A DNA stretch of 64,000 nucleotides from Cladosporium halotolerans (Eukaryota): contig NW_027191489.1 of NCBI RefSeq assembly GCF_011745625.1, positions 124,001-188,000 on the forward strand, written 5' to 3'. Position numbers and translations under genes: made by a program. Within the stretch, counting starts at the first letter, position 1. Every line of letters starts with the position of its first letter. The notes under the pieces were generated by a model, which worked only from the letters and a program-made list of their open reading frames with translations, did no database searches and had not been told where the DNA came from. Below are positions 47,342 through 60,455 of the stretch, one piece after another.

Positions 47342-48021
47342 GGGTTGAGCATCGGCCGCTCGTTTGCCGTCCCAGCTTGTGCGAAGGCGTTTTCCTGTAA
47401 ATGTTGACATTGAAGTAAAGCGAGAAGCTGGTGGAGGCGTCAGGCTTAAATTGATGATATATATGTCTGCAACGTAAATAGCAGACGAGCGGCCGCCTCC
47501 TTGAAAAGAGTTCTTCCCATGTATTGCTATAATCGATCGAAATCGCATCAAGCTCCTGACGGCGTTGATGGCTTTCTGGTGAGCTTCCCGCTTCGCCCGG
47601 TTTAAAACTTCATTCTGGCATGACTGACTGCCGCTGCGTTGGCTGTAGAAGTGTCATGTAGTCTGTCTACCCCGAAAAAAATGATGTGTAGAGCGGGTGG
47701 TCCTGACTAGACCCCAGCACTGGCGTAGTTGAATAGGACGGCGGAAGAGCTCGCCATGCTGCGCCGCGAATTACGCAGGAATTGGAGGCGATGGGCTAGC
47801 ACAGTACCTTGATACAGACGTGGGCGACACCCCGATTATGGGAAAGCGGCTACCAATGAGCTCGCAATCCAGCCAGCAGAGACTGTCGTTCGTAAGGCCA
47901 GTTTTCCGAGTCGGAGAACATTGTTATCCCTCTTCTCGATGAAATCTTTTGGGAGTATCATCGAAGTAGGCACGAGGATGCTGATGATAATGTTGGAGTG
48001 GCATTCATCGAACACCCAACA

Positions 48022-48951
48022 TCAGCCCTGCCCTTCCTCCGCCTCCTTCTCCTTCCTCTCCTCCTCCCTCTTCGTCTTCTTAGCCAACAAATCCTTCAAT
48101 TTCTTCGCCACCCCAAAGCTCCCAAAAGTGTCCGCACCACACTGCGCGCACGCCTTCTTTTTCTCCTTCATATACCGCTGCATCGCACACTTCTCGCAAA
48201 AGTAATGCCCGCACTTTGTCACAACCGGCATCTTATAGTCCCCCTTGCAAAGCACGCACTTGAACGGAATCTCCCTCAGCATCTTCTCCTCGTCGTCCAG
48301 ATCCTCCTCTCCGCCCGCCTTGCCACCCTTGCCATCCTTCCCTCCCTTCCCCGCCTTCTCCCACTCCTTATCCAGCTGCCAGCCCTGCTTGTAATCCTCG
48401 CGCGCGTGCAGGAACTTGCAGCTGTCGCCGAACCCGCAGAAGCCCGTCTGCTTGTAGTCCTTGCAGACGTCTGGCGCGAAGTCCGTGACGGTGATGGCGC
48501 GGACGTTCGTGGGGGCCTTGACGGGGCCGACGGGCTTGCGGTCCGGGTTCTTGGCGATGAAGCTGTCGTAGGCGGCGGCGCCTTTGTAGGTGCCGTCTGG
48601 CGGGGCGGAGGGGTCTTGCTTTGAGGTGGCGGAGGGGTCGGCGAGCGCGGCGTCCGTGTACCAGGTCGAGGCCTTCGTCGCGTTGTCGTTGGCGGTTATG
48701 GAGGCGTTGCGGTCGGCGCCGAATTTGGTCGATTTGCTGAAGTCGCGGGCGGAGGGGTTTTGGGAGGATGTTGTGGTGGTGGCCTGCACGCCCTCGCGCT
48801 TGCGGCGCTTGATGCGGGTGCCGGTTTCGTCGTCTGTTGTGTCGGCGTCTGAGGATGAGGCCGAGGGCGGTGTTGCGGGGCGTTTGCGGATGGCAGAGGC
48901 CTTGTTCGTGCGCTTTTTGAACGCTGGCGCGGCTGGTGCTGCGTCAGCCAT
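48022..48951 (-). CDS. CWC24: Pre-mRNA splicing factor Cwc24
   Basis: CCCH finger PDVCKDYKQTGFCGFGDSCKFLHAREDY and RING finger IPFKCVLC..TKCGHYFCEKCA..CAQC. Confidence 0.95.
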   Translation of the reverse strand: MADAAPAAPAFKKRTNKASAIRKRPATPPSASSSDADTTDDETGTRIKRRKREGVQATTTTSSQNPSARDFSKSTKFGADRNASITANDNATKASTWYTDAALADPSATSKQDPSAPPDGTYKGAAAYDSFIAKNPDRKPVGPVKAPTNVRAITVTDFAPDVCKDYKQTGFCGFGDSCKFLHAREDYKQGWQLDKEWEKAGKGGKDGKGGKAGGEEDLDDEEKMLREIPFKCVLCKGDYKMPVVTKCGHYFCEKCAMQRYMKEKKKACAQCGADTFGSFGVAKKLKDLLAKKTKREEERKEKEAEEGQG

Positions 48952-50115
48952 GGTTGCAGACTTTCTTGGTGCAGGTGGGTCAGAGGAGACAAGTGTTGGT
49001 GCCCTTGGTAAGTGAGGTATAGCTGCCGACTTTCTAGACGCATCTGTGGCTGATGACAAAAGTGGCGGACGCGAGCTCGCTACCCAAAGCCGGAGACGGG
49101 AGGTTCCGCAGCCGAGTGTTGATCGCTGTGGCTGTGATCGCCGCTTGTTTGTGTTTTGGCAGCCGTCTTGTCTTGTCGTCAACGGTGCTGCCGCTCGCTC
49201 AAGGCACCTTTCCCTTCCATGCCCACAGAGATGCATAAAAGAGGGGGGCAGCATAATCTAGTTAGTGTCTCTATAGCTCTTCCATCGCTATCTTGCCAAA
49301 ATGCCCTGCATGGTATTGAGCTCTAGTACGTACAGCGCTTCGTGCGTACCACTCCACACTCCTCCGTCCACGTGTGATGTACAGTGAACGACCACTCTCT
49401 CCACGTGCACTGATATTGATAGACCACAGCATGATCTCATATGTGGCGTGCAGACGACCAGCCAGGCTAGTCGTGTGGTGAAACCGAGGACGGTGGGTAA
49501 TTTGCCCAATCGGCCATCGCGGCGTGCAGTGACCAGGGCCAGGCGAAAACAGATTCCCACACCGAATCGCCGCCTCTGCTCCTCCACAGTCCACCATCGC
49601 GGTGCTGTGAGAAGCACTTGCGCCGACAACTCCATTGTCCTTTCGTTTGTTATCCCCCCCTGCCCACCATTGCCATTCTTTTCAGGCTCCCTGCAGCCTC
49701 CCTTCTCCCAGCGCGGGTCGGACGTTAAGCTTTAGCGGCTATAGTACCAGCGTGCCAGCTCACAGCGGCAGCGGAGTGCCTCTGCAGCCAGCGTGTTGAC
49801 ACCCCTCGCGTCCCCATAAACAACCCCGAACATCCCTCCACCACCACCCACCCGGCCTCCCACCACCCGCAACGCCGCGCGCTGCGTTCCTGCTGTGCGA
49901 CGGCCTTTACTTGTTTCTACTTTCATTCTCCGCACTCCGCCATCGCGTGCCGAGCGAGACTTGCATGCATCTTCCCGTAGGCGCCAGCTGAAACCGCCCA
50001 AGACCGCATAGATCTTTTCAAGACGCCTGCCTCGCCGGAGCTGTACATACACCCACGCACCAGCATCTTCGTTACACTTCCTTTCCCCTCATTATTCCAC
50101 ATGCAATACTGAACC

Positions 50116-53100
50116 ATGGCCACGAGCGCAAACTTACCCTCCGGCGCCATTGCCGCCAATGGCGGCGACCCCTTCACGGGCAGCCCGACCGGGCCGCCTC
50201 CTGGACCTGCACGCTTCGCTCCCTTCGACAACGACCAATTCTCTGCATACTCCACCAGCTCGCCTTCGCAGGCGCGTCGGGCGCTGGAGGCGCACCTCAA
50301 GGATACAGACCGTCGGATACAAGACGCATCCAAGCTTGGAACCACCCTCCTGCAGCAGCGCAAAAACCTAGCATCGAGATTACAAGAGGTGGAAGAACTG
50401 TCGAAAGACAACGATGTGCCGGCTGAGCTCCAGCAGAGGCTGACAGCGCTTGAGAAAGAGTATAACGACATCGGCAGGGAAAGCGCGAGAGCCTTCCTCC
50501 CCAAGTCCAGGCCTTTACCCGGTGACAGCACACCCTCCGTCTATTCTAGCACCTCTGGACGAGAATCGCCAACGAAGGTGTCGGCGCCTTCGAGAAGGCA
50601 GAGGAACCAGCCCAGCAACCGCGTACACGATATTGAGTTTGCCACCGAAATCAGCACGCAGCTGCTTGCGCAAGTACGCCAACTCCAGACAGCGCTCGCG
50701 GAGAAGGATGAAGAACTCAAAGACGCTGCTACCAGCAAGACACAGCTCGAAAACGACCATCTGAATATCGTGCAGCGCGCGAAACTTCTCGACGAGAATC
50801 TGCAAAGACACCGGGACGAAACTTGGAATTTGGAAACAAAAATCCAGGATCTTGAGACCAGCATGCGCGAGAGCGCCGATCGAGAACAGCGCCTCCAGCA
50901 GACCCTGAAGACAACACACACCGAAAAATCCACAGCCGAACGCGACTTGGACGAGCTGAAAGCCTTGCACGAGAAAGCGACCGACGAGCATGCGACGACC
51001 CAGAGGCATCACGAGGCCGACCTGCACACCCTCCGCCGAGACGCCGCAAACCACGATGCCGAGAAGCAGACGCTGCACAAAAAGATTGAGGAGCTCACAA
51101 GTCAGAATACGGAGCTTGCGAAGGCTGTTTCGTACAGATGGAATCAGGGCGCACAGCCAACTCAAGCCGGTGCGAAGGCTTCAGACGAGTCAGAAGGCGC
51201 CGACGAGCCCGAACTGGACCACACGGATTTGATCTCTCCCGTAAAGGGCACGCCCGCTCGTGGAGGCCTTGAAAGCGAGACTCTGAAGTCCAGCTTGAAC
51301 CACGCCCACCGCATGATTCAGAATCTCAAGAACAACATCCACCGCGAGAAGACCGAGAAGGTCGAGCTCAAACGCATGCTGGCTGATGCTCGTGACGAAC
51401 TGGAGAAGAGGCGGGATTCTAATGCAGGCATCGGAGCTGCGAACCTGAACAAGAAGCGCGCTGATGCAGCCAAAGCTCGCAAGCCGATCAGGGCAGACCG
51501 TCTTGGTGCCAACCGTACTAGCACCACCGAGATCATCAACGACGAGGGAGACTGGGAAGAGTCTGATGACCCGACTACTCCATCCAAGTCTTCATTCGGC
51601 CGTCCCGCTACAGGCGCTGCCGCCATGCCTGGTGCCTTCCAGGAGACCGACACCAGCGATGCTTTCGAGACCGCAGACGAGCGCAGAGGCGACACCGCCA
51701 CCGAGACTGAGGCTTTCCAGACAGGCGCCGAGAGCTTCGGCGACGACAGCGACCTCACCGAGACTGAGAGCATCTCCAAGCGTCCTTCAACTTCGACTTC
51801 CCGCAAGAGCGCCACTCCCAGTATCCCCGCTAGGCCAGGCATGCCCGGTGACCGCCATTCCTACCTGTCAACTGCCTCTGCTTCTGGCGAAGAGTACGAG
51901 GACGACGATGTCGTCCGCACGCCCGTGCAGTCCCAAGGCCCCAAGTATCGCCTGCGCGTGAACCGCGGTCTCCGCACCTCCTCCGGACCTTCTCTGAACG
52001 ACCGCCTGACCCAAAGCCCCGCCTCTAGCATGGGCACGCCGCAACCCGCCGGCCAGAGTCTGGGAGACGAACTTGACGCGCTGGATGACGACGACGATAG
52101 CATCGAAGGCACACCGAACACCAGGTTCTCGGCTTCCCCATACACATCGCCGGAAATGCAAAGGACGAGGAGCGTCGAGCCGGAGACCCAGGCTCCCGAA
52201 GACGAGCCTGTCGCTTCCATCGAATCTGGAGACGGAGCAGACGACACGCAGCGCTCGATTGGCAGTCCATTCACGAGCCCGGTCAAGTCGCGCAAGTCGC
52301 CCATGCAAAACCAGCTGCTCAAGCCAAAGCCTGCGATGGTCGATTCTGGCATGATGACCGAGCCCTGGCAGCCCGAGAAGGAGATCATTGTCCAGCGTAT
52401 CCCTGCGGAAGAGGCCACGGAAGACGATAACAAGGCTGCGAGCGCCGTCGCAGGCGCAGCTGGCGGAGCCCTCGCTGGCATTGGCCTTGGCCGTCTCTCG
52501 AAGCATGACGGAAACGATGACGAACAGAAAGCCGTCGAGGAGGATGGATCATCGGGTGACGAAACGCCCGCAGGCCTCCTCACGCCCTCGCGCAAGAAGG
52601 CTCGCAAGGACCAGGCAACTTCACCCGAGCCTGCCATGCCGCAGGTTGATCCTGTGGTGCTCCAGCACTCCGCTGTGCTCACGCAGGAGACTGAGCCGAT
52701 CCCTGTGCCGGTCGAGGAGAAGGCGCCTGCCGTTCCGTTCCAGCAGTCTTCGATCTTCGCACAGGAGACCGAGCCCGTGTCGCCCGCGCGACCCGTTGTC
52801 ATAGCTCCTGTACCTTTCGAGTTGGCGGGTGCTGGCAACGCGGCCAGGCAATCTATGGTCTACTCGCAGGAGACCGAGCCTGTGTCTCCGCCCAAGCCTG
52901 TTGTGAAAGCTCCGCCAATGCTTGGGCTGGCCGGCGCTGGAGATCCTTCTGGCCAATCTGCCATCTACTCCCAGGAGACCGAACCTGTCACCCCGACCAG
53001 ACCTGCCGTCAAAGTTCCCGCGGCACTCACATTGGCTGGTGCTGGAAACGCCTCGAGGCAGTCTCTGGTGTACTCACAAGAGACGGAACCTGTCTCTCCT

Positions 53101-55223
53101 CCCAGGGCTGCCCCTGCGGACGCTGCTGTGCTTGTACCTTCCCAGCCACAACAGTTCGGCTTCTCTGCCGTTTCCCAGCAGGACTTCGAGCCCCAAGATG
53201 TCTCTCGACCTCTGGTGCCGAGACGCAGCTCGAGGCGTATGGACATGCTCTACACTTCCGAGTCAGAGAGAGAAGGCGACGCGGTGCGCGCTTCGGCCCC
53301 GCCTGGCCTTTATGGCGAGGACGATCCTGCGTTGGTGGAGAGGCGCGAGATTGCTTCTCGCGATGCGGGCGCAGACGCTACCCCTCGTGCAATCCCTGGA
53401 CATCTCACTGAGCATGAGAGAGCTCTCTCCAGTGATAGCATGATTCCAATCACTAAGCCACTCTCTGTCAAGAGGCCAATGGCCGAGTCTGGCAGTCAGA
53501 CCGAGGTCAGCGGCGACGAGATCGATCGGATGATGCGCGACAAGACGAATGTTCTGGCAGGTGCTGGTGCTGGTGCCCTCGCTGGTGCCGGCGTCGTCGG
53601 TGCTGCCGCTGCTGCTGGCAATGCCAGGCGGTCGGTGGACTCAGCTATGTCTAGCACTTTCCAAGCCAGGCCGTCTACGCCTAACGACAACTCCACACTT
53701 CATGTTCCTCGCCAGTCATCCAGCACTAGCAACATGAGAGGCAGCGCAAACATGGATGCACCGCCACTTCCCGCAGACCACAACAAGAAGATCGCAGCTG
53801 CGGCTCACAAGGGTCCCGTCATGGGACCGCCTGCTATGCCGGCTTCTGCATTCAAGCAGCCCCGTCCCAGAACACCGGTTGGCGCACAGGGTGGAGCTCA
53901 GATTTACAGGCCCATGTCGAAGGACAGCAACACTGTTCGTCCTACAGGCCGTGCTGGCTCTGGCGTCTCTAGACAAGCGTCGGTGTCCAGCTTTGCCTCA
54001 GAGCTCGATGAACGTTTCAACATCCACAGCGGCCGATTCCCCTACCCTGACGATATGCCTCCCACCACGGATCCGCGCATGATCCAAGCCATCACACAAA
54101 CAATGATCGGAGAGTTCTTGTGGAAGTACACTCGCAAGGCTGGTCGCAACGAGATGTCAAGCACCCGACACAGGCGTTTCTTCTGGGTCCACCCGTACAC
54201 TCGCACACTGTACTGGAGCGAGAGCGACCCCACGACCGCAGGCAAGAACATGATGAAGGCCAAGTCAATGTCAATCGAGGCCGTCCGCGTCATCACCGAC
54301 GACAACACCAACCCACCCGGCCTCCACCGCAAGTCGATAGTCGTCGTCACACCCGGCCGCGAGATCGTCTTCACCGCCCCGACCGGCCAGCGCCACGAGA
54401 CCTGGTTCAACGCGCTCTCCTACCTCCTCCTCCGCACCGAATCCGAGCGCCACGAAGCAGACGACACGATCAACGAGGAAGACCTCGAAGACTTCAACCC
54501 AGAGCACGACGCCCACCACCCAGGCGGCGCTTTCAGCTTCCGCCGCTCTGTCTCCCGCATGACCGGCCGCTCGCAATCCCGCCGCAGCCTCAGCAGCTAC
54601 CACTCTCGCTCGCGCCCCTCGTCGCCAACCAAAACGCCCCTCTCCCAACAACACCAGCCCACAACCCCCCGCCCGCCCCTCAACGGCACCCCGACCCTCA
54701 CTCCTACCGCCCACGACAACTACGCCTCGACCCGCTCCCGCCTGTCGTCTTTCACCGGCCGCCTCCGCAACCCCTCCGCCCAACGCGGCTCCTTCACCTC
54801 TTCGTCCCGGCCCGGCGCGCAGAGCGCCATGTCCACGCGCACAGACGACCCCGCATCTACCGTCGAGGGCAGCGCGATTTACAACGCGTCCGTCGTCAGC
54901 GACAGCGCGGAGGACCTGCGAGCTGTCATTGAACGGCAGGAGAGGGACGCGGATCGGTTGGAGAATGTGAGAGCTTGTTGTGATGGTACGTATCCACTTT
55001 GTCACCCCTAACTTTGATGACTGATAGAGCATTTTGCTGACGAAACCGTGATTTAGGCAAACACGACGTCGGCTCACTGAGTCGTCGCGGAGGCCGGCAC
55101 GCGAGTTTCAATTCGCGCGCGGCGGTCAGAGGGCATTCACACGGCCCGCCGCCGGCTCCGACAACGGGAGCGAGTGGGTTGGGGATTGCTGCGCAGGGTG
55201 GACAGTCTTTGAGAGGACGGTGA
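50116..55223 (+). CDS. apsA: Cortical nuclear-migration protein ApsA/Num1
   Basis: HDIEFATEIS..LLAQVR coiled coil and C-terminal PH domain (TQTMIGEFLWKYTRK, RRFFWVHPYT, HETWFNALSYL). ENVRACCDG/KHDV spliced over intron 54986-55056. Confidence 0.93.
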
Positions 55224-56303
55224 GAGAGGTTGGTGTAAGTCGTGTATGATACGGGATCTGGGAAGCATTTCTGGGAGTCTTGCACCTTCTTGGCGAAGGA
55301 TTGGTTGTTTGCTCTGCGCGAGCGCGGTCTCGCGAGACCATCATCTACTCTCCGGCTGGCGTTTGCCGATCTTCTTCTGTTCTTTTCTTGCTGTTGACTC
55401 TGGACTGTTTGATTCCGTACTCATTTTTTTCTTTTTGACTTCTCCTTTTGTTCTGAGGCAGACTGAGATTTCTTCTTCTTTGCTGTTGAAATAGATCGAG
55501 AGCGAAACAAACCCTCCAATCTGAACGACGTTTACGAAAGCGCCCCAGATCTACTGTACATGCGACACTGGACTTTGGTCTGTGCATTGACGCATCGGAC
55601 TTGACTTCGAGCATGCTCTCGCCGGGAATCGACAGTCCGTTCTGACTCCTGGCATCTTTCTTTGGCTGTTCGCGTCGCCAGATTTCGCCCAGATGACTCC
55701 GAAGCGTCCGAGTTGCCAGCACACGCCAGGGATGGCAAGCTCGTGTCTCTGGAATGCCCAAGACAGCCACCCCTTGCTCCCATTCCGCCTGCGAACACTC
55801 TACGCGTCGACACGTCTCCACGAGAATGGCATGCAGCACAAAAGGGAGGAACCCACCCTGCCATCTTCCCTGCCACCGTTCCTGCTGAAGTCTCGCGATA
55901 CGAGCCGCGGTGGGTTGGAGGAGATGTCATGTGCGTTTGATAGTGAGGCTTTGTCTTGTAGGTGGACGATGGGTTCGAGGGAGGGTGAGTATATCTTCAA
56001 GGTGGGTGGCTGGGCTTTCGTGCTTCCACTTCTTGTCTCTGCGAGAGCGGAAGAGAAGCAATATCTTCTGCGACTCGCATCGATAAGCCCACCGCTCGGA
56101 AGATCATAATCCTCGACATTTGGAGACTCCCCTGAGCTATAGGACAAGCAACTCCCATCCGAGTTTCCGCTCTCGAAGAAAGAAAGACACATCAACCCAA
56201 ACCATCCAATCAACCACTCAATCACCTGCCAGCGCTCGCACCTCCCACCGCCAAACCAAATCAAACCAAACCAAACTCAAACCCCCAACGCAAACCCACA
56301 ACG

Positions 56304-56804
56304 ATGCGCCTCCCCAAGCCAACACCCACCCCAACAACCCTCCTCCCCCTCCTCCCCCTCCTCCTCCTCCTCCTCTCCACCCCCCAACCCGCCCTCGCCA
56401 CCCCCCTCCCGACCTTCACCGACATCGAACGCCGCTGGTCCGCCGGCGAAACCGACGTAAACCACTCCCCTGTCCCCCCCAACTCCCAACTCCCCCAAAA
56501 AGCGAAACTAAAACCCCCCCTCCAGGCCACGATCCACGCCCTCCAAAATCCGCGCGCCGCGACGCCCGCGTGGCCGCTCGCGCGCGGCCACGCCTCCAGC
56601 GCCGACGAGCCGGGATCTTTCGCAACTGCGCTCGATGCCCGCACGCAAAAGCGTTCTGCTGCGGCGTCTGGCGGGAGCGAAAACAAGGGAACGGAGAGGG
56701 GTGATCCGGCGGTGTGGGCGCGGATGAGGGATTTTGCGGCGAGGTTGATGCGGAGGAAGGGGTTTGAGGGCGGGGAGGGTGAGGTGAGGGTTATCAGTGG
56801 TTAG
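56304..56804 (+). CDS. Small secreted protein candidate (166 aa)
   Basis: Leu-rich signal peptide ending ALA-TPLP, dibasic sites, no Cys. Confidence 0.55.
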   Translation: MRLPKPTPTPTTLLPLLPLLLLLLSTPQPALATPLPTFTDIERRWSAGETDVNHSPVPPNSQLPQKAKLKPPLQATIHALQNPRAATPAWPLARGHASSADEPGSFATALDARTQKRSAAASGGSENKGTERGDPAVWARMRDFAARLMRRKGFEGGEGEVRVISG

Positions 56805-57403
56805 GGATTTTCACTTCATTTGGTTTAGGTTTGGTTGGTTTGGGTTTGAGAGCGGGTTGAGTTGGGGTTGAGTTGGAGGATGGATGTAATGACGGACCGA
56901 GCACGCTCTTTTGGACAAATGGGATGGACGGATGACGGCCTGGTGATGATATCGACGGCATACTTACTTAGGGTAATGAAACGGCTTTGTTTGGTTATTA
57001 TTCTGGAATCCACAAGCAAGAGTTGCCACGTGGTATAATAAGTCTATTTGTCTCACTCTCGCTAGCTCATCCACTGCCGCCACCAGGGAAAGTCCTCCTT
57101 TCTATGCAACTCCCCATTTCTCCAACTCTCAAAAACAAAGCAAAACTTCAAGGCCTTTCTCAAGACTGTCCTCCGGACGCTCCGAGATATGTATGGGGGG
57201 TATCTTCCTCTCTTCCTTCTCTCTCTCTTTTTCGCTGCTGCTACAGATCCGTGCCGTGCTGTGCTGTGCTGTGCCCGTGTCGCTCACTGCGTGAGTCCGA
57301 CCATGCTCGCTGAGCCACCATGCGCCTTTGAATGAATGTGTCCTCTTGCCAGCCGGGGAGCGTTTTCCAATCCCCAAGCCGATGCTGCATAAAGTCCCAC
57401 GCA

Positions 57404-57464
57404 AGAAACAAAAAAAAAAAAAAAAAGAAGACAGAAATCTCCCAACACCAAAAAAAAAAAAAAA
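57404..57464 (+). repeat. Two poly(A) tracts (poly-U in the 3'UTR of the minus-strand gene)
   Basis: A-runs at ~57410-57427 and ~57450-57464. Confidence 0.85.
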
Positions 57465-57500
57465 GCCAGGCCCTAGTGAGGCGAATGTCAATCACGTACA

Positions 57501-58952
57501 TCAAGAAGCCCTCCTCCCACCCCCCAACCCGCCCAAACAGCCAAACGGCGCGCCGAAATTGGAACTCGCCTTCTTCTTCAGCTTGATCCCGCCCTGGTCG
57601 AAATCGCGCTGCACGGCGTCGTCGTCGTCGCGCACTTCGTTAGAAGCCACTTGCGAGAGCGGCAGGCCGCTCTGCGGGGACATGGCGCTCGATCCCGCGG
57701 CGTGCGCCTGCGTTGGGAGGTCGTGGGTGGGGGCTGGGGCGGGGGGGTTGGAGCCGGTGCTGTAAGGGGAATTGTTAGTGAGGGATTTTTGGGTTTTTGG
57801 TTTGAGGGATATTTGGGATGGGTGGGGAGTACGAACCTGCTCGGCCCGAAGGGGCCGCCGTCCAGTCCCTCGGGCGTCGCGAGTCCGGGCGAAGGCTGGG
57901 AGAAGACTAGCGGCCTGCTCTCTTCCGTGCCGGGGGACTGGGCGATTTTCTCGAGCCGCTTGCAGAGCATTTCCTCGGTGAAATTGTGCTCGCCGGGCTG
58001 GTTGGGGAGCTCGGGCATGCTGAGGGGGCCGGAGAGGGACGGGTCTTCGTCCGAGTCGTTGCTCTGGGCGAGGAGGGCGTTGAGGTGGGTGTTGTTCTTC
58101 GTGGGGGTGTCGTCGATGTCGGTGAGGGTCATGTTCTGCGGGGGCGGGGTGCGCGGGCGCGCGGGGGTCTTGATGGGCGTGTGGCCTGCGTGGGCTTTGT
58201 GCTCGTCTGGTATTGGCGAGAGGGCGCGCAGGGAGTTGGGGGAGAGGCTTGGGATTTCCTCGACTTTGAGGCTGTCGTCTGCGAAGGAGACGACGGAGTT
58301 GTTGCGAGGTTTTTGGCTGCTGCCGGCCACTGTGTCTATGAGGGGGATTGAAATTGATGAGGGCGCTCCTTCTCTTCGTCTTGACAATGGTTCCACGTTT
58401 TCATCCTCGGCAATGCTGGGTAGGCGGTGGTTTCCGCTGGTTAATCGCGAGCCAGGCGGTGAAATGACGGCGCCGCCGTTGTTCGGAGAGATGATGGGAG
58501 ACTTTGCGGGGCTGTAGTTGTGTTAGTATACAGCTGGATTTGATGCACTCAGTGCTTGCGTTCGAAACGCACCTATGGCCGCTGGCCGTAATCAACAGTT
58601 TCTCCAGACTGCTTATCCGCTGATATAAGCTTTCGCGCTCACACGACCACGCTTCTCTTTCTGCGGCAAACGCCGAATGCAATTGCGCGATCGCTGCGGA
58701 TTGCTTGTGAACCAGAGCCTGCAGATCCGGACTGCCGCCTAGCGCAGAGCCGTTGGGAGACATGATTTGAGAAGAGGGTGAGAAGAAAGGGTCGGGATGC
58801 TGGAAGACGTGGGGTGGCGAGATGAGCGGAGCGAGAGCATCGTTGGACGTCTTCTCGAAAGCGAGAGGCGGCGACTTGGCCCGTTTCGGTGCTGGAGGAG
58901 CTTCGGCGAGAGGTGGAGAGAAGGAGGAGGAGGAGGAGGTTGCGAAGGCCAT
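57501..58952 (-). CDS. Hypothetical fungal protein (short coiled coil, Ser/Pro-rich)
   Basis: In-frame introns 58512-58572 and ~57762-57837. Blocks LHSAFAAEREAW, HAGHTP, LKKKASSNFGAPFG. Confidence 0.75.
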
Positions 58953-60455
58953 GGTGGTGCCTGTCGCAGCAAGGTCGGCTTATTACTGGATCGGGCGCAT
59001 GTGACAGCGAGGCGTGGAGAGGCAGGCGCAAGTAGTGGGTGACCGGTGTTGCGATGTGTATGCGAAAAAGAAGGATGTGAGCAGTAGGTGCGAACAGATG
59101 CAGGGCAAGGTATAGGTAAGGTAGGTGGTGTGGGCAGGCGTGGAGATGGCGTGGAGACAGCAACGGGGTGGAGCCTCGGGCGATGGGCAGCAGAACGGGA
59201 GTGGAAGAGGGCGTGAGGGCTTATTACTGCCTTAGGTGCTGGCTCGGAAGGCTGCCGCGGGTCGAATGTGAGGCTGTCTGGGGTCGCGCGACCCTGGATT
59301 GTGCGGGCGGATGGCGGCGAAGGCCAATGGCGCCGCCTGGCGCGGGAGAAGACGGCGGACCGATGTTCCTGTCGATCTACCGCGGCCTCCCGCCACCGCC
59401 TTGCAGGAGGGGAGAGCCGGAAGACGCGCCCTACGCTGCAGCCGGCGCGATGTTCGGGCTGCAGCAGACGTGGCACGATTGTCGCTGTGCTCGACCACAC
59501 ACCGCAAGACGCACTGTTGTTGTTGCTGCTGCTGCTGCTATGACTCAGACGGGCATCTTCCGTGGCCGCCAGCGATGCTCAGGTATTGCTTGGTCGGCGA
59601 GTTGCATGTGCAAGGTACCTTATGCTCTCTACCACCACGCTGCAGGTGGCTGAACTATACTGTGGTTGAAGAGCCGACACCCTGGTGAGATTGGGCCGAG
59701 TGGTGTGAGACGTTTCGCGCGTTTGCTGCAAACCACAGCCCTGCCCTGATATCACCAGATACCCTCCCTCGCGTTCCTGGGCGCATTGCCCGATCGAGCA
59801 TCCCGCTATTCTCCTTACTTTGGGACCTGCGCTCGCTGCGGTCGCGTTGGACGGCACATCGATAGGCACGCCGATAAAGCATTATTGTTCCAGACTCTGC
59901 ATGTTCCTCCACATCTCCTTCCACACGAACTCCCTCCCATCTACCTCGCTGTTTTGTTCGGCGGACTCCTTCGGCTCCGCAAAGCGTCCGGTCGGTCTCC
60001 ACGTGCGTTGAACTCTGTCAACAAGACACCCCCGCCACGCAACGTCAACCGCACCGCCTCACCCGCCCGTGTGAGACCTGATGATATCGAGGGGTATGAC
60101 GGTGCTCGGCCGCGCGTGTACCGACACCTTGTTAGCTATTCCCATGCCGACTTCGTCGCAACTCTCCATGTCGATGATGCCTCTCGGCGACATCGGCACG
60201 CTGCTAAGCCCCGGCGCACTTGGCCGCCGCGTAGAGCAGCGCGCCAGCTTGCAAGCCTGATACCCAAGTGTGGACTTTCAGCTGCCAGAGCTCCGCAATC
60301 CAACAACTTCCCTCACACCAAGTGCTCAGTGCGCTGCCCAAACGTCATTTCACCGTTTTCGCCTGCTGTCTTCCCATATCGCTAGTCACCCTCCAGCTTC
60401 AGCTCCTGCGAACTCTGCTCCATTGAAGTGCTGATTCCCCGCGACGCTCACCAAA

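Noticed and set aside
47715..47790. tRNA A-box-like TGGCGTAGTTG
   Set aside because: No B box (GTTCGA) or cloverleaf.
58953..60455. Many short ORFs and a (tgt)n(gct)n microsatellite near 59515-59540
   Set aside because: GC-rich divergent promoter/UTR region with no coding signature.
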